A DNA stretch of 63,339 nucleotides, counting the filler. It is 3 parts of 3 records of this genome, joined end to end, with 100 filler letters (N's around TTAATTAATTAA, not from the genome) between each part and the next. Parts side by side here need not be neighbours in the genome. Positions count along the whole stretch, not along the records: positions 1 to 31,718 come from SRR2962707_667; 2 more parts are not named here. One strand, written 5' to 3'. Below the pieces are notes generated by a model. The model was not told the DNA's origin, did no database searches, and saw nothing but the letters and a program-made list of their open reading frames with translations. Positions 1-11,300 of this stretch are shown piece by piece. The stretch's first letter is position 1. The number at the start of each line of letters is the position of its first letter. The translations under genes and the position numbers were made by a program.

Positions 1-1
1 A

Positions 2-193
2 TGGCAGGGGCAGGACGGCAAAGACAATTATACCACTGAAATTGTCCTCCAGGGCTTTGACTCAAACCTGACCATGCTTGACACCCGCGGCCCCGGCCCT
101 GACGGGCAAAGTTCCGGCACGCCAGGCGAGGGGGACGCTGGTCCTGATCCGCTCCCGACCAACCCTGATCTCGATGACGAAATACCGTTCTGA
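2..193 (+). CDS. ssb: Single-stranded DNA-binding protein, 3' part (truncated by the window/contig start)
   Basis: Frame 2 reads WQGQDGKDNYTTEIVLQGFDSNLTMLD, then a Gly/Pro-rich linker, then PDLDDEIPF*. This is the end of the OB fold plus the diagnostic acidic DDEIPF tip. Not in the ORF track because it has no start. Confidence 0.95.
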   Translation, partial: WQGQDGKDNYTTEIVLQGFDSNLTMLDTRGPGPDGQSSGTPGEGDAGPDPLPTNPDLDDEIPF

Positions 194-222
194 AGCTAAT
201 ATGCCTCCCCACCCTGCCCCCT

Positions 223-252
223 GGCGCCCTTAACGGGGCGTCTTTTTTTTTT
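223..252 (+). terminator. Rho-independent terminator after ssb
   Basis: GGCGCCCT-TAAC-GGGGCGTC stem-loop followed by 10 T. Confidence 0.85.
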
Positions 253-336
253 GACCGATATATGAAAGAAGCCGGCCCCTGGGGTCAGGAAGCCGGCTTC
301 GCTCGGGGAAAACCGATAATCGCCCTTCGTTGAAGG

Positions 337-364
337 TTGAAATCAGTTCGAAGCAGAGTATAGT
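337..364 (+). promoter_or_regulatory. Candidate sigma70 promoter for ORF 394
   Basis: TTGAAA (337-342), 16 nt, TATAGT (359-364), in an AT-rich stretch ~30 nt before the ATG. Confidence 0.4.
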
Positions 365-393
365 AAAATAAGTTATTATAACGCAAGAAAATC

Positions 394-1383
394 ATGGACG
401 ATTTAAGCAAGATTTTAGAAAGCTCATTTGCCAAAGCCGGTGCACGTGAAGACGCACACTGGGAGACGCTTACGGCTGCCCGCGGCGAAATCGCCAGTCG
501 CGCAAACGTTCCGGCGGTTACGGCACGCAAATGGATGTCCATTCTTGAAAGCGGCTCCGAAACAATCTCAGCTCCGAGCAATCAAAAAATCATCGAGAAA
601 ATCACGAAATGGGCTGGCCCTGAATCAACGGCGCAATGGCTTGATGCTTATCGTGATTTTGAAGAGGCCAGCCGTCGGACCCACAGGGTTGGGCTTGAAC
701 TCGCTGATCATGCCGGCATTGATGCCCGACTTGATCTCGAAGGCTTGCGCAATGAAGGTGCACTTCGGCAACGCCTGGTCTCGATCGCGGCACGGGTCAA
801 CCCAACATTGGACGTCCATCTGCCCAAAGAGATATTTGCCGAAGGTCCTGGTTTGGTTGCATCAGGATTAAAAAGCACAGACCGAGCCGAAGTTGCGGGA
901 ATGTATGAGCCCTTAAAGCATCTTGCCACAATCTCTGTTTCTCCGCGGTTTGATCGCGAAGACACCGCATGGCATGAAGCATGGCATTCTATCGAGCCGG
1001 TGCTGTCGGAGACAGAAGCCAAGGCCCTTCAAAAAGCCTTTCCCTCCAATCAGCACATGACAAGCCCTGAACGAGTTGCCGTTGCTTTTGCGCGCTGGGC
1101 AAAACTGAGAGATCGCCTGCCAGCCCCCCCCTCCTCCTCTTTATCGGCACGTAGCATAGCCTCAAAACTGAGAAGTTCGCTGCTGCCAGCTGGTCAAGAC
1201 GCTGTGAATGCAATTTTTGAAAAGGGCTATGACGGTACGCTTGGCAAGCGGATGGCGGTGATGATGAAAGATACCTATCCGGCCTTCCTTCAGAAGACAC
1301 AAGCCCCTTCCAAAGCGGCAAAAACATCCGCAGGAGAGGCTGCACCTCAAGCAAAGAGAAAATCACGGAGGATCCGCGTATGA
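394..1383 (+). CDS. Zincin-like (HExxH) metallopeptidase-domain protein with a basic C-terminal tail (polyvalent-protein MPTase-like)
   Basis: AGMYEP...TAWHEAWHSIEP (HExxH at 973-987), downstream ERVAVAF helix; ends APQAKRKSRRIRV. Paralogous domain in ORFs 2383 and 20849. Confidence 0.75.
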   Translation: MDDLSKILESSFAKAGAREDAHWETLTAARGEIASRANVPAVTARKWMSILESGSETISAPSNQKIIEKITKWAGPESTAQWLDAYRDFEEASRRTHRVGLELADHAGIDARLDLEGLRNEGALRQRLVSIAARVNPTLDVHLPKEIFAEGPGLVASGLKSTDRAEVAGMYEPLKHLATISVSPRFDREDTAWHEAWHSIEPVLSETEAKALQKAFPSNQHMTSPERVAVAFARWAKLRDRLPAPPSSSLSARSIASKLRSSLLPAGQDAVNAIFEKGYDGTLGKRMAVMMKDTYPAFLQKTQAPSKAAKTSAGEAAPQAKRKSRRIRV

Positions 1384-1625
1384 CGGATGTAGGAGGCATT
1401 GCGGCAGACCAGCTGGCGAGTTACGTCGAGCGGATTGAAAGGCTTGAGGAAGAAAAGGCCAACCTCATGGCCGACATCAAGGAAGTTTACGGCGAAGCAA
1501 AAGCCCTGGGCTATGATGTGAAAATTCTGCGTCAGATCATCCGCCTCCGCAAAATTGAAGAGCACACCCGGGCTGAACAGGAACAGATCCTGGAAATCTA
1601 CAAACGCGCACTGGGGATGTCATGA
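1380..1625 (+). CDS. gapR: GapR/DUF2312 (UPF0335) nucleoid-associated protein homolog
   Basis: QLASYVERIERLEEEKANLMADIKEVYGEAKALGYDVKILRQIIRLRK is the DUF2312 signature; ATGA overlaps with both neighbours. Confidence 0.9.
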   Translation: MTDVGGIAADQLASYVERIERLEEEKANLMADIKEVYGEAKALGYDVKILRQIIRLRKIEEHTRAEQEQILEIYKRALGMS

Positions 1626-2266
1626 TCGTCGGCACTGTAACCATGCCAAGTGGCACACAGATCGATCCACAAAGACCGATCTCTAAACAGATCAATATTG
1701 ATGATATCGCCGAGAATCTGGCACATATGCCAGTCTACTGCGGGCCTTTGACACTTGAGATTTCCGTCGGTCAATCCGCTCTAAATGCTGTTGCAATCTA
1801 TGAAAGGATCGCCAGAGATCCGGGCATCCATAGCATTCACTATTTGCTGTTACGCAATGCCTGGCAATACGTGCTTAAAAACGTCCGCATTCCAGTCGTC
1901 CATATTCTTGAGCGGGGCTGTATTGACCAGCTCCGTGACATTCAGGAAGCAGTTCAAAACAAGATACTGGCGAAGTTTCAAACACCGTATGAAATGAGCA
2001 CTCTGCAACAAGATGAGCTTCGCCTCGCCGTGCAGGCAGAGCACTATTTTAACCTGATCCGCTTTGGCAAATACCCGCTTGAGGCCCTGCCGCGCACAGC
2101 ACATCATGCGATCTCCTGGCTGGAGGATATCGACATGCTCTCAACGCCGCATCTCGTGCTGTCCCCCGCGATCGTGAAGGATCGCTATTTACAGATATTT
2201 CACGATTGGGCTCCGAAAGCGCCCCAATCAAATGAAATCCCCCTGCCTTGCATTATCGGCGCTTGA
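1622..2266 (+). CDS. HD-superfamily (YfbR/phage dNMP phosphohydrolase-like) homolog with metal ligands lost
   Basis: TMPSGTQIDP...INIDDIAENLAHMPVYCG...SVGQSA...LLRNAWQYVLKNV parallels the family pattern T.SG..D...I.IEDIAH.L...RF.G...SVAQHS...LLHDA.EAY.GD, with the H/HD/D residues substituted. Confidence 0.65.
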   Translation: MIVGTVTMPSGTQIDPQRPISKQINIDDIAENLAHMPVYCGPLTLEISVGQSALNAVAIYERIARDPGIHSIHYLLLRNAWQYVLKNVRIPVVHILERGCIDQLRDIQEAVQNKILAKFQTPYEMSTLQQDELRLAVQAEHYFNLIRFGKYPLEALPRTAHHAISWLEDIDMLSTPHLVLSPAIVKDRYLQIFHDWAPKAPQSNEIPLPCIIGA

Positions 2267-2351
2267 GCGGGGCCGGTGTTAGAGCTGCATCTCCCTGTAT
2301 TTCTTGCAATTAAATAACTTTAACGCCCTTGGTTTCCAAGCTATACTTACA

Positions 2352-2373
2352 TTTCTTGCAGTATAATAGTTTT
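2352..2373 (+). promoter_or_regulatory. Conserved promoter motif (perfect TATAAT -10) upstream of the giant gene
   Basis: TTTCTTGCAGTATAATAGTTTT; 19/22 identical to 20792-20813. Confidence 0.6.
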
Positions 2374-2382
2374 GGTGAGCAA

Positions 2383-5300
2383 ATGGCGACCGACATTAAT
2401 GTTTCCGGAAAGTTTCTAGCCAGTCGAACAGTTGCGACAAGCTTGGAACAGGCAGAGTTTCGGCGGCTTGAACCTCGCCTGTTGCGTCTGGCTGGGGTTT
2501 CGAATGCCCTCATCACGCCAAGTCTGACCAAACAGCTCGAAAGATACAGGGACTTACAGGATCTTCTTGGCCACAGCGCATTGCCCGGCACCGGCCCCGT
2601 TTGGCGTATGCCTGATAGCACGCCTGTGTTTTCCACTGGAGCGGCAGATCCTTCATCTGCGCAAGAAAAGAACTCTGACCGCTTTGTTATCGCCCCGGGA
2701 CGTTCTGTGCGCGCATGGCGGTCTGCTGACTTCATTGATGTTGGGATTTTTGAAAACGGCAAGCCCACCGGTCATGCATGGCGGGTACATGAGGCCGAGT
2801 GGCCCCGCAGTCCCGTCGATCAGATAGCTCTGCTTTCTCTCACAACCGGCGTTGTTCATGATGACATCGTCATTGATCGCGCGCGTATGGCGGTTAATGA
2901 CATTTCTCGCGGGTCCGAAGGACACATCACCGACTGGTCGGTGAAACTGGATTTATCAGACCCCGCGCTTCTTAAGACTGTGGCGCCTAAGACCGATGCT
3001 GCAATGGATGCCTTGAAAGCTCAGCAGGCTTACTTCTCAACCACCCAGCCAGATTGGGCAATGTCATCTGAACAATATCTGGATAGATTTGTAATTGTTC
3101 CTCTCGAAGGAGAAGCTGAACTAGAGCTTCGCGAAATCGCTGGACGCAACCTTGCTCAAGCTGAACACTCCGATTTGAAAGGCGAGTTTACCGTTTTTCA
3201 AGACATCGACAGCCCAGAAACGCTGATAGCGTATCGAAAACGCTGGTTTTTAGACCAAAAAGGGCCCGTGCCGATTGCCGTCCGTCACAATGGCATGCTG
3301 CATGTTTTCGATGGTGAGACCCACCAGCTTGATGCCGCGGCGAAGAACTTTGGCAATATCAGAGCCTACAGTAATGCGTGCGAAAGCAGTCTCCTTTCAG
3401 GGCATCGGGAAATCATTCGCACTGCACTTGAGAAGAAACTGCCCGTACCGGCCGAAGTCCTTGAAGAATATCCAGCTCTTCGTCGCATGCAGTCTCCGAA
3501 TTTGGCCGGGGATCAACGCCCAGTCCCCGAGTTTGGTCCTGAAGAAGATATGATCACCGTCTCTACTCATGACGATCGTGACGACATTTTTGCCAATTTG
3601 CTCGATGAAGAACGCGAGGGCATGCAAGATGATTTTTATCTTCAGCAGCACTTTTACGACGAAGCGAAAAGGCGGGCAATTCAGGCATACCCTGACGAAT
3701 ACTACAGATCCGATGGCGATATCCTAGAGATCGCTGAGAGTGCTCCGTATGCAGACCGGGTGGTCGCAGAGACAGAGGCGGAGTTTCGCAGTGACAAAGG
3801 TCTCGATGGTAAGGCCGAAATCACCGATGATATGGCTGAAGAACTCTCAGATTTGATTACAGACGCCCTGATCGAACATTGCAAAGACGACGCAACGGAC
3901 GACCCGGATCACGATATCTGGAAATGGCAAGACCCATCGGACTCATATACGGCTTTCGAAGACGACGACATCATGGAGACCGTTTTCGAGCTGGAGTATG
4001 AACATGCGCTGAAAGAAGTTGAAGAGGCTGTTCAGCACATGTCCATCATTACTGGGCAGGACGACGACGAAATCGTCGACTACAGTATCCTCCGTAATGA
4101 AGATAATGACTATCATCTCTACGAAGACCTCAACTCTAATTATCAAGCCACACATCTTGGTGACTTTCCCACCTTTGACGAAGCGACTGAAGCGGCCCGT
4201 CAGCATGCCCGATACGGAGAGATCCGGCGCACCTGGCCTATAAATGAAGGGCGGCCAAATACCAAATGGTTGCGCTCGAACTCAGAAACCAAAAAAATCG
4301 CCATCGCCACTGGATCAGGGTTTGATCGTTGGTGCAAACCGGCGTGGCTCCGTGGGAGTTTCGCAATTGTTGCGCCCTTCAAGGGCCGCCCCGGTTTTCA
4401 GGCCCATCACCTTCCGACCGGTCTTCCCGTCGGCCGGGTATGGGGGACGGATCAGGAAGCAAAGCGATTTGTCGATCTTCTTGCTCCAATACGAAATTGG
4501 GGTGAGCTTCGGTCTTCAGAAATTGATGACGTTCGTGATTTGGTGGTTTCGCTCGAGCATCAGGCCGGCGTTGAGGCAACAGAAACCCGGCAAGTTATCA
4601 GAACTCAAAATCGCAACCAGCGTCTATCACGCGCCCCTGCCCCCAGCATCGGCTTTGGGGGCCCGGTCGCCTTTTCAGCCAACATGCTTGATGTCACTCC
4701 GCCACGTTTTGAGATCGACAGATACAGTGCCTTCAAACCGCGCGATGAAGACCGTAACTGGTTTGTGGCGCGCATGCGTGAAAGCGCATTCGAGACGTCG
4801 ATTGCCGAAGACTTTTTCGACGCGCACATTGAAACCTACCAACCTGGCCGGGAAACAATGCGCCAATGGGCTGCCGCGACACATTGGCAGTGGCACACCA
4901 TGCCGGAAAAAGAGAAGTCCAATCTTCTCGATCACATGTCTGACGACGAAGACATCAAAGCTCAGTTGATCTTTACAGATATGGCAGACGAATTTGAGGC
5001 GCATATCAACAACCTGGTCGATGTGGAACTCAGCCATTATGCCAACGCAGTTGTCCTCGAAGACACTACAGGACAGGGATATCGGGTATTCTTCGATCCA
5101 GACAGCCCATCAACGATGGAGGTCTTCGCCCCGGGGCCGATCAGCGAAGGCACATTTCTCGGCTATGCCCGTGGTGAAGACACTCTAGAAACAATTTCGG
5201 ACGCCGAGGAAATAGCCGGTCAATATGCATTCCGTGGTCTGCGGGCAATTGACGGGGGCGGTCTGTTCAAGGAAATGAACCCCAAAGGCCCGGAAGAATG

Positions 5301-8300
5301 GCGCTCTCGCGTGATCATTCTTTCGGAAAACACCCCGTGTGTTTCCCGACTGGCCCACGGGTTTGCCCAAAAAAGCTTTGGCATTGTCCGCACCGACTGG
5401 CATCTCGGCGAAAAGCAGCCCGGGGCGGCCGTCATCCACCTTGCCAGCGGTACGCCGATCAAGCCCTTCTTCCGGCGTGACAAGGATGCGCAGGCGTTCG
5501 CGGACCTGATTGAAATGCAAGCAGACTGGCACGCGATTGTCAGTCATGAAGACTTCGCACGTGAAAGCGCAAACCTGCGATCCATTGCCCGAGATACCAG
5601 TGCGGCAATCAAGGAAGTATCGCGTGCGGAACTTAAACGGCCGTCGCGAAAACCACAGGGTTTGGATAACGCATTTGCCGGGGCCGTGGCCTTCAAGGTA
5701 ATGCCTGCGGAGAAACATGAGCGTGAGATTTACAAACTCATTGATGACGCGGATCCCTCCCGGCGCATAAGTGATAAGTGGGAAGATTTTCTGACATTGG
5801 CTTCTTGTGCGCACCGTGGTGCTGCATTGCCGCAAGATAGTGATGCATGGCGCGAGAACGAAAGTCGCTATCTTGATGTTGTCGATCGTTATCGCAGAAA
5901 CAAACGCCTTTCGGACATTCGAGAGAATTTTCCGAACGCGCTTGGCCATTTGACAGCGGCGTGTCGGCAGTATGAAGACGATACTTTGGGCCGGTTGCAC
6001 ATGCAAATCGCGCCAAATAGCGCTCTTGGTCAAGAATTCACGCCATACGAAATGGCGCTGCTGATGACGGAGCTCACCAGCAGCACTCTTGAAGCTGAGA
6101 AGATGCAACAACTCAATAGCGGAAAAGGGTTTGTTGAGTTTTCAGATCCTACAAGTGGATCTGGCGTGATGGCGATTGCACAGGCAGAAAGCCTCCTTCG
6201 GAAACACTTGGATCCAACGAAGCATATGCGTGCATATCTGACCGATATCGATCATCGCGCCTGCGATATGTCATATCTGAACATGGCGCTGCGCGATATC
6301 CCTGCACTTGTCACCCATGGCAATACACTGACACAAGAGATTCACTCTCAGAGCATGACCCCCGCTTTCGTGCGGGCGCGTTATGAAGACATAATCAAGG
6401 ACAGGAAGGCGGTAAACAGTCGCGACATCCAGGAAAGTGGACTGCTTGACCCCAAATTCTCAACCGGGCGCGATTATCGCACCCTGTCAGAAAGCCTGGT
6501 TCACCTTGGCGCAGGTCCAGACCTTCTCGACCACACATTTGTTCCGTCCAACGATCCGGCCAAAGGTGTACCGGGCGAATATTCACGGCTGCAGGATGTA
6601 AAAGAACTTCTCTGGCAGGCCAACCTTGTTTTTGATCAAGCCGAGAAGTTCGGGCTGTCCGAACCCCATCCAGAACGCAGCAGTATGGCTCCTCATAAGC
6701 TTTATGACAGTTACCATAGAGAGCTTGGCGCGCGGGTCGGATCATTCCTTGAAAACCTCGACATTGCTCATCCCACTACAGTTAGACAAGCGCAACCACT
6801 TTTGGACGAAGTTGCTGAACACGTCAAAATGTTTGATGCTTATGTCGACGCTTACGGCGCCCCCGGAACCAACTATGAGGCACTCACCACGCCGCGTTGG
6901 AAAGTCGCTGATCAGATGCCTGTGTTTGGCGATCTGGATGAATTGCGCGTTTCGGAAGCGGATATTCCCGATGACGATGCGATCTACAGCAAGTTGGAAG
7001 AGCTTTACCCCTTCTATGAAAGACAAGTGAAAGCTGAATATCTGTCGCGTTTTGGAAAGGACTTCATCATCGATGATGTCTATATCCAGAATCTTGCGAA
7101 AGACAGAAAGGATGACGGGATTGCAAAGCTTATTGCCAAGGCAAGCCCGGCAACCGAAGACGCGATAGAAGCTGCTTCATTTGGAATCGTTGCTGATGAA
7201 ATGAGATCGAAAGGTCTGCGTACAGGAGACACGGATGAGCGTGAATTGGTGCGTGTCCACGGCGATTCCATTGCTGCCACAGCTGAAGAACGTGCCCGGG
7301 AAGTGGCGTTTAACGAACTTATGCAGGAAGCCCCAGTTTCGATCCGTGACAAGGATGGGATTGGGTATGAAATTCGGAATGTTCCAGAGGACGGAGCCTT
7401 TGTTCTAAACTACCACAACACCCCCATCGTCTCGGCTCATTCCTTTAAAGAAGCCCAGACACTGGCCATCGCACATGCGCAAGCCGCAGATATCGACATG
7501 TTGCGTAATCCAGACGTTGCGCTCAACCCGCTCGGCCCCGCTGACCGGTTTATCCGGCGTGATACCGTGTATCATGCTGGACCTGTGGTCACATCCGATA
7601 TCCACTCTGTCGGAAGGCTTGTGGATCCTGTCGTTCGCGGGCATTTTGCGGTTTCGCGCAGCCTTCAGTCCAAGCCTGGCTGGTATATCACTCATCTGCC
7701 TTCAGGCTTTTCATGTGTGGCCCTCGCCCAGCGATTTGCATCCGAAGAAGCCGCACGCAACTGCGTCGTCGAACTTGAAAAGATGGGCAGCTGGGACATC
7801 ACGCGGCGCGATGTCCGCGAATGGACCAACAATCCTTCCAATCAGGACATGCGGCGTGCATGTTTTGAACTTATCGAAAGCCACATTGAAAATTCTATTG
7901 ATGCCGCCAAACAAGGTCGGGTTGAAAACAGGCTGCATGACAGCAAAACGACACGTGGCCGCATTTCAGGCCCGGTTGCCTTCAAAACTGAAATCTCAAG
8001 TGGATTAATCCCATCTGACGAACAACGGTTGAGCGACGCGATCGGAACCTACCTTCAAAACGGACACGTTTTTTCGTCAGCACGGGCCTTAAGGACGTTT
8101 TGCGAAGACACTCTTGGGTTTCCGATACCACAACGGCACGCTCTCAGACGGGCTGTTGAGGAGGTTGGCGAACGTGCAATGGTCCGTTTGGCCGCTGGCA
8201 TCTACAAAAGTCATACCGGATCTTCTGGCGAACTGATCGACAAGCTTGCCAAGTTGCAAGACCAGTTACCCAACTTTTCAACAAGAACGTCCCGGTCTGC

Positions 8301-11300
8301 GGAACTTCAGGCCTATTCTACCCCGCTTCCGATCGCGGGACTTGCCGCCCGCCTTTTGGGCGCAAAGCCTGGTGAAGTAACCTACGATCCAACGGCAGGA
8401 AATGGTGCGCTTCTTATCGGACAGGACCGTGAGGACCGCAAAGCCAATGAGCTCGACAGCTCAAGAGCCCGCGGGCTGGATGCCAAGTATGTAACGACAC
8501 TTGATGCCGCGCAGGGGCGTCCACCCGGCGCACATCAGCACCTTATTGCCAATCCCCCGTTTGGGGCCTTGAGCGAAGAGCAAGGAAAAACCCTGTTTCT
8601 TGCGTCTGAGGGGGTGTCGGCTGAAAAACGAACCAATCCGCGAGCTGTCGCGACATCGCGCTTGCATCACGCCATTGTCTGGAACGGTCTCACGGGTTTG
8701 CCCGATCATGGCCGTGCCGTGCTGATCTTGCCTTCTGTGCGGGCCCATTCAGATGAAGCGCGCGAACAAGGCTACGACCAGGCTGGACTGCGTCGTTTCC
8801 ACTGGAAGCTCTACGACAGCTTCAATGTTGTCGATCACATCACCCTTTCTGGCGACCTTTACCGACAACAAGGGGCGGGCTGGCCCATCGATCTCATTGT
8901 GATCGATGGCAAGGGCCGCTCTTCAATGCCTCTGCCCACGCTTTCGACGCCGCCTGTTATCACCTCGCTTGAAGAGCTCAAGGAGATTTGTCATGTCTTC
9001 GATGCCAACCGGAATCAACTGGATCCACGAACTTCCCTATCAGCCAGCGCAAAGCTTTACGCCAGCGGAAAAACCGCTGTTCGGAACGACGGTATTTCCG
9101 AGCGCGACCAAGTCAGTGACACCGCGAATTTATCAGACCGCGATCCAGTACAAACTGGCGGCGATCGAGAAAGCTCAACCGGGCGCGCTGGAGCGGATTA
9201 TCGCCTGTCTGCCAGTGGATCACCTGAGTCCGGATCCGGTGGCAATGATCCACAACATCGATTTTCTGACCTGGCTGCACCCACTGACCTGGACACTTCC
9301 CGCCTCCCCTCAGACGGAAATCCCGGTGGAACAGAAACTGCTGGATCTGGACGCCCTGATGCTGGAGATCGGAGCATGAACGAAAGCCTTGTCCCTTACG
9401 AGCCTCTTTCGGAAGCCAAGCCGCTTGAAACATTAATGCCCGCAAACCTTGTGTCCAGCTTCGATGCCGCAAAAGCGCGCTTGGTGTCTGCGGTCGGTAA
9501 TGTTGATGACTTTGTTCAGGAAAAGCTTGGTTACAAAACAAAGGAGGCGCTTTACAACGCCTTGGCGGGTGAACAGATTGATGCGACAGCGTTCGCAATT
9601 CATCAGCACGAAACCGGTGGATCCTTTATCAATGGTCACTTGATGGGGATCGGAAAAGGCCGGGTTGCTTCAGCCATGCTGGTGTATGCCCATCTCAATG
9701 GGTTAACCCCGATTTTCATCACAGAACGTCCGAACCTTTACCCTGCAATCATGCGTGATCTTGCCGATATCGGCTATGGCCATCTGCGACCGTTGATCAC
9801 AAACGACGGATTGACAGGTGCTCAAGCGCTGGAGTTGCCAGACGGCCGTGTTCTCTCCACACCCAACAAAGCCAAGCATGATGCTGAACTGATCCGTATC
9901 CGTGATCAGGGGCATCTGGGCAAAGACTACGACTTTGTCATGACCAGTTGGGCACAGACCCAAACAGTCCAGGGGCATGAAACCCTTCGGCGCATGTTGC
10001 TTGAGCGGCTCAGCAAGAACGCACTGCTGGTGCGTGATGAAAGCCATAATGCCGGCGGACAGGATCAGCTCTTCTCGCAACCAGGCCCCCCCAACCGCGC
10101 TGAGTTTGCCCGGGAACTTATGTGGGATGCCAAAGGTGTCTACGATAGCTCAGCAACCTGGGCAAAAGCACCACATACTATGGATTTGTTTGGCCGCACG
10201 GATCTGCGCTACGCTGTTCGCGATCCTAAAGAGATCGGATCAATCATCGCCCAACATGGATTGCCGATGCAACAAATGGTGGCTTCGATGCTTTCGGAGT
10301 CCGGCCAGTACATGCGTCTCGAACGATCAATGGAGGGTATTGATTATGAGTTCTCTGTGGTCAATATCGATCCGAAGAGATTCGACAAGTTCGCAGAGAT
10401 CCTTGAAGCGATCGCCGCCTTTGACGACGCAAAACAAGGACTGTTAAAAGGGCCACTTGGCAAAGAGCTTAAAGAATCCGGCGAGAAAGCCATGAGTGAT
10501 GGGGCGACCGGCGAAGTTGGGATCAACTCTATCATCTTCACCTCTTTGCTCCATAATATCGCCCAACAGGCTGAATTGTCACTCATGGCCGATACGGTCG
10601 CAGACAAAGCAATTCAATCGCTTGAAAACGGCCAAAAGCCATTCATTACTCTTGCCAACACCATGGGTGCTTTTATGTCCGAGTTTGTCTCGGCCAATGA
10701 ATTGCAGCCTGGCGACGCGATCGATGCGAACTTTGGCGACGTTCTTAAGCGCTATCTTGAGCGATCTCGGGATGTCACGATCGGAACGCCTTTTTCCGAA
10801 AAGGAACGTATTCATTTAACCGATGAACAACTCGGTTCACGCGCCAAAGCACTGTTCGACCGGGTTGAAAAGCTGATCGAAGATGCCGACTGGTCCGGAA
10901 TGCCTGTTAGCCCGATTGACCATGTAAAAGGGCGCCTCGAGCAGGCTGGTTATAAGTTTGGTGAGTTTACGGGGCGCTCTGAAGGGATCGATTATAGCGG
11001 TGATCGGCCAGTTTACTATCGTCGCACTGCAGCAGAACGATCAAAAGCAGCTGATGTGCGCACCGAAACTGCCTTCAATGATGGATCGATCGATGTCGCC
11101 GTTGGCAATGAAAGTGTCGCAAGCGGAATTACGCTATCGGCCAACGCGAATTTTGCAGATCAACGACCTCGACTTGACATCACATGGCAGCCTCACCCGG
11201 ATGTGACCAAGCACGTTCAAATGAAAGGCCGGGTTAATCGGACTGGTCAGGTGCATACACCAAGCTACCTCCATTTGATGACCGATATCCCTGCATCACG

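Noticed and set aside
2329-2382. ORF-track start of the giant protein at TTG 2329
   Set aside because: This stretch contains the promoter motif (TATAAT at 2362); ATG 2383 with GGTGAG upstream is the better start.
4244-4969. 241-aa alternative-frame ORF inside the giant gene as a second overprinted gene
   Set aside because: No RBS, an R/P/S-rich shadow composition, and the main frame here encodes recognisable repeated domains.
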